DNA from: Sphagnum compactum
Taxonomy: Eukaryota
DNA: 64,000 nt
Assembly (NCBI GenBank): GCA_965153455.1
Contig: OZ234493.1
Location: forward strand, 25,596,213-25,660,212
Direction: 5' to 3'
Position 1 is the stretch's first letter. The number at the start of each line of letters is the position of its first letter. Below the pieces are notes generated by a model. The model saw nothing but the letters and a program-made list of their open reading frames with translations, was not told where the DNA came from and made no database searches. The position numbers were made by a program, and so were the translations under genes. Below are positions 59,374-64,000 of the stretch, in pieces.

Positions 59374-59846
59374 ACCCTAAACCTGCCGAATGCGATTTCG
59401 TTGTTGTGTTGTATCTTGTTGCCCAAATCCAATGGCAATGAGATCATTGGCAGGTCGGAAGGAATATAGATCAATAGCACATCCGTTTGTAATCTCGCTT
59501 TCTTCCTGCCACTGGCATTTGCACCCATCGTGCACCTGCCTGTGGAAGATGACAATGCAGAGTAATGAAGACTTACCATAGAAATTTGGACTGTGCATTT
59601 TCTTCTTTTCCTCTCAAAGGAGAGAAGTGGAAGATAGTACAGAGAAATTGCACTCAGACTTAGCAGAGAAATTCCAGTGGAAGGAAATGTGTGAGGAAAT
59701 GTGCATTTTTTTTTCACTGTGAGAGAGAAGAAAAGATACTTGATTTAAATGATTATCAAATTGTACAGAGTCTCCATCAAAAGCTAGGAATATGTGTAAC
59801 TCTATTCACAATTCTGCTTTCCTTTGAAATAAATCAAATCAACTAC

Positions 59847-60282
59847 TTTTCTTCTATTGTCTTTACTACATTTCATATCCTAAATGTTTTCGACTCTCAT
59901 TACTTCCTATGTTTTCAACAGCTGCAACTGTTCACTTTGTAAGTGAAATTTTTGTTGAACATGACATGTGAAGATACTTTCTCTCTTCAACTCTGTTTTC
60001 AACTTATAATAAGATACTTTCTCTCTTCAACTCTGTTTTTAACTTATAATACCTTCTGTTTTGGGTTCTCTTGAAATCTGTAATTTTCTTCTATTGTCTT
60101 TACTATATTTCATATCCTAAATGTTTTCGACTCTCATTACTTCCTATGTTTTCAACGACTGAACTGTTCACTTTATTGTAAGTGAAATTTTTGTTGAACA
60201 TGACATGTGAAGATACTTTCTCTCTTCAACTCTGTTTTAACTTATAATACCTTCTGTTTTGGGTTATCTTGAAATCTGTAAT
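59847..60282. repeat. Near-identical ~200-235-bp tandem duplication with a nested ~40-bp duplication
   Basis: TTTTCTTCTATTGTCTTTACTA...CTTGAAATCTGTAA occurs at ~59847-60082 and ~60083-60282. AAGATACTTTCTCTCTTCAACTCTGTTTT occurs three times. Confidence 0.9.
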
Positions 60283-61977
60283 CACTGGGAACATACCAGC
60301 CTGGTCCTGAGCTTTACTAGTAATCTACCTTTGCTAGTTTACAAGCTACATATAGAGCTTTACACTAGTGTGCAAGCATTCTTTCTGCTGTGTGTCACTA
60401 GTACTAATGACTATGTCTGCTGGTTTTACAGTCTATACACATATGGCTCTTTACACAAAGTAATGTGCATACAAACAAAAATTGAACAACTCCATATATC
60501 ATTTTGTCTTCTAGCATGTCACCACACATAAGCTATTGTTCCAGACTCACACCTCTTCAGAAACCAAGGCATCAAAAAGACTGCCGGCCCCATCAATGGA
60601 TAAAATGTTGTGCATCTACCTACTGATATCACACTCTAAACACCAAAATAATCCCTTCCAATCTAAACAAGTCTAAATACTTTAACCAAAGCAACCAATT
60701 CACCCAATGTGAAACCGATTCTAATGAGGTAAAACTTCCAAAAGTTGGATTCAATGTGGTAGTCCCTGACCCTGTGGGGCAAAGCCCAACAAAACACAAA
60801 AACAATATGAATAATAGTACTAGTTACACACCTCTTCAGGACTATCAACATGTCTGATAGTGACTTCTTTATCACAACTTCCCCACTACCAACAGTAGCC
60901 TGTATCATAGTAACTCCTCTTATCACAATTTCCCCACTAACTTCATCAGCTCCCTGCAGTGCATTTAACACCAGTGAAAATACTAACCTGCGTAATGAGT
61001 TTTTGCTCCAAATCTGGAAGCAATGAGAGGACCCATCCATGCTACTGGCTAGCAACAAACAACCACCCAAGGAAATAACAAAACAACATAAAAACACAAC
61101 AAGATAGAGAAAAACACATAGGAAAAGATCACAGAGGAAAACGAAGAACAAGTGAGCTTACAAGAAACTCTCTACTTACAAGAATCTATACAAAATCATT
61201 CAGAGAACTTCAAATGCTGAAATTCAAAGTAGAAATTTTTCTTTAGTGAATGAATCTGTAATCCTCTTAGCAAAATCTTTAGAGGGTAGCCTTTATTCTT
61301 CAGAAGGACAATAAGACTGACCATGTGAGACACAAAGAACTCTTCACAACTACAAAGCCTCAAAATACCTGTAAAATTGACTATTGATAACTCCCAACTT
61401 AGCAGTAATTGAAATATTGGAATGAACATGAGGCATACAAATCATTTCAAGACCTGCATACTCTGGTTGAGAATGCTTGTCAAAAATATCACAGGATATG
61501 CTTCAAGGACCTTTGTTTCACAACTACATCCAAGATGTTACAAGAGATATTTCTACAGAAGTGTGTAACAGTAGTATACATTCACACAGTTCAGATGACT
61601 GCAATCACAGTCAACTATAATGCAGAGAAAAGAATCTTTCAATTAATGAGAATCTGTCAAATGAGCCACATCAAACTTCTTTGTGTGAACAATAGAAAGC
61701 TGAAAAAGAAACAGCGACTATATTTTTGATTACACTACCACAATCCATGTTGTAAGAACCACACCAATTCTACAAGCACAAATGGAAGCTTGCAAAAACA
61801 ATCCTCAAAATACAACCAAAATATTGATGTTGTGAGAAACGCTCACCTTCAATTGCAAAGAATGTATCATGACTAAGAGGACCTCCAGTGGTAAACATGA
61901 TAAACTGGCAAAAGCCCCAATGTCCCTCTCTCCCACAGCTTTTAACTGTGGAACACAATTTGCTGAAATGAGCAGAG

Positions 61978-64000
61978 TTATTTTGCAATCTTGCTTCTCT
62001 TGGTGGTCCTATTTTTTGACTTACTTGGTTTACTGGTTATATATTGCTTGTACAACTCAAGGGATGCACTGACTCTTCGGTGCTCCTTCCTCAATTGATC
62101 ATTCTCCAAATAATCTCTCAAAACCCTGAAATGCTTGACCAAATTATTGCTCACGTCATTCACTTCCTCTAATAAAAGCAAATCTTCCTTCCCTAATAAA
62201 TCCAACAAATGAGGGTCTGAAATGTCTCTGGGATCCTTGTAAGCATTCTTCTTCACCACTTTTGGTGGCAGTGCAGGTGCTGGTCTGAACCCACCCTGCC
62301 TGGTGGAGTACAACTTCAGTGCATCAACAGGTGACAAGGTTGCTAGGAGGGCACTTGTAGATGATGATGTAGACATGTTTGATATTTCTGCTGCAAGCTT
62401 CACAACCCCTGGGTGGGCATGCTGCCGCAGTAATGACAGTTCCCACAGCACAGAAGAGAGTGCCCCACTTAGGTCAGGATCCTCACCATCCACTTGAAAC
62501 ATCTGCAACCACCATCAAAACTTCTGTATAGGTTGGAACATTCTTTTGCCCCTTGCATGCCTTCTCAAGTATTTGGTGCCACTAGAAACAGCCTGCTGGA
62601 TTGCAATAGAGTGGTATGGTTCATGTTCCATCAGTCACTCTACTCCAGAAGAGATGCATACTGGGAACATCCATTAGGAAACAAGTTTTGTCACATATTC
62701 TAAGAGGAAGTTACAATACACTAGAAGACCTTAGCCGACTTCTGGACAGTACTTCCAGTGGCTGTCCATATTCCTAGAACTGATAGTATGTCCAAAGATG
62801 GGTCCCTGGCAAACATTGGCAAGGAAGATACACATACCGCCACATTACCACCAACAGAACCTCCTCCGCCGTCATTATCCAGAATGCTTCGACACTTACT
62901 GTAGCGCTGGAGCAACTGTCGTACTGTCACAAGTGCTGCAGGCACCAGTGTTCCATGTTAGAAGAAAAATAAACTTTCTGACAACTGACAACAAAAACTT
63001 CATTTGTGTGGACATGCTTCTGCTATACAAATACAAAAACAATCTGTCACCTCTTCGCAGCACCAAAAACAATGGATTGAACACATTAATGAGACCTAGA
63101 GGACCAGATATATGGGTCGTACCAGCCATGGCCTCTGCTGGTCCAAGATGGAGAGCAAGGGAAGAAAGTCGTTTGATAAAGCCAGCAGCTCGTTGCATGT
63201 CATGCTGACGCCCCTCCAAGAGCATCACTTGTAATGCTTGAACAAACACCTCCCCATACTTCTCTTCATCCCTGGTAATCACCACATCCATGCAAATCAG
63301 ATTCATACTCTTATCCTGCCTTCAAAAAACCAACAACCCATCAAAAAGTAACTAACTGATTTTAAGAGAGAACTTCGATCCTAGTCACTCATCACAGGGC
63401 AGCAGCCATCCAGAGTAGAATATGATAACTGACACCTGACTGAGTTAAACTCAAAAAGCAAGTTGTATAGCCGGACATAGAACTCCCGCAAATCAATGTT
63501 GAGAGCATCCATATTGCTCCGTACAATCTTGAAAGCGATGATACAACACTGCAATCGCTCGCCTACTGACAACAAATTGTCCGATTGGGTTCCAGTCACA
63601 ATGTGGCCTCCAGCTGCTAAGGTGCGAAGCACTGCTAGGAGGTCAGCCATGAAATCAACACTAATTAAGTGTGAAAACTTGGCTAGACCATCCAGGGCTG
63701 GGCCCAACAGCGGCCTAATATCTGTTGCCACTGGTCCATCCTCTTCGAGTGACATAGCAACTTTTGTCCTGCAATAGAACAACCACAAACAGTACCAGTA
63801 TGAATCTTGCAGTATGATTGTTTCAATTCTTCTGTCTTCAGGCAAATAGAAAAAGCATTGTTGGAAACCCCAGTGCATAGATAACAACAAAAGGAAACAA
63901 CCACCTTTCATCTGCAGGATCTAAGCTAGTCTTCAGCACCCGGAAGTAAGTCTCAAACACAGCAGCAAGAGTCAGTGTTTGCAGTCTCCTCCGCTCTACA
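61978..64000 (-). CDS. NOC3: Nucleolar complex protein 3 homologue (CBF/Mak21 domain), last 5 exons; 5' part lies outside the window
   Basis: Minus-strand exons >64000-63905, 63768-63436, 63271-63123, 62935-62838 and 62502-61978. Motifs ERRRLQTLTLAAVFETYFRVLK, PLLGPALDGLAKFSHLISVDFMADLL, RAAGFIKRL and LSSVLWELSLLRQHAHPGV. Confidence 0.93.

Overview
This is eukaryotic, intron-rich land-plant nuclear DNA. It looks bryophyte- or moss-like, but that is an inference from gene content and repeat style. Six protein-coding genes can be assembled by hand from GT-AG exons: the 3' end of SUMO-activating enzyme SAE2 (+), organellar glutamyl-tRNA synthetase (+), solanesyl diphosphate synthase (+), an SMP-C2-C2 synaptotagmin (+), cytosolic HSP70 (+) and the 3' part of NOC3 (-). 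AT-rich spacers between them hold decayed transposons: Ty3/Gypsy, hAT, a CRE-like non-LTR element with a restriction-like endonuclease, and several MITEs. There is no CRISPR array, rRNA or tRNA. The most unusual structures are: (i) two complex tandem arrays directly abutting the promoters of synaptotagmin and HSP70, the latter grading into a phased heat-shock-element array; (ii) hAT-type MITEs that appear to target a palindromic GTTNNAAC site and stack there; (iii) a probable minus-strand spliced pseudogene or lncRNA divergent from GluRS and possibly split by a TE block; (iv) an intronic hairpin and G-rich 3' splice sites. All calls are by eye with no database search, and I cannot confirm that any of this is a previously undescribed system.
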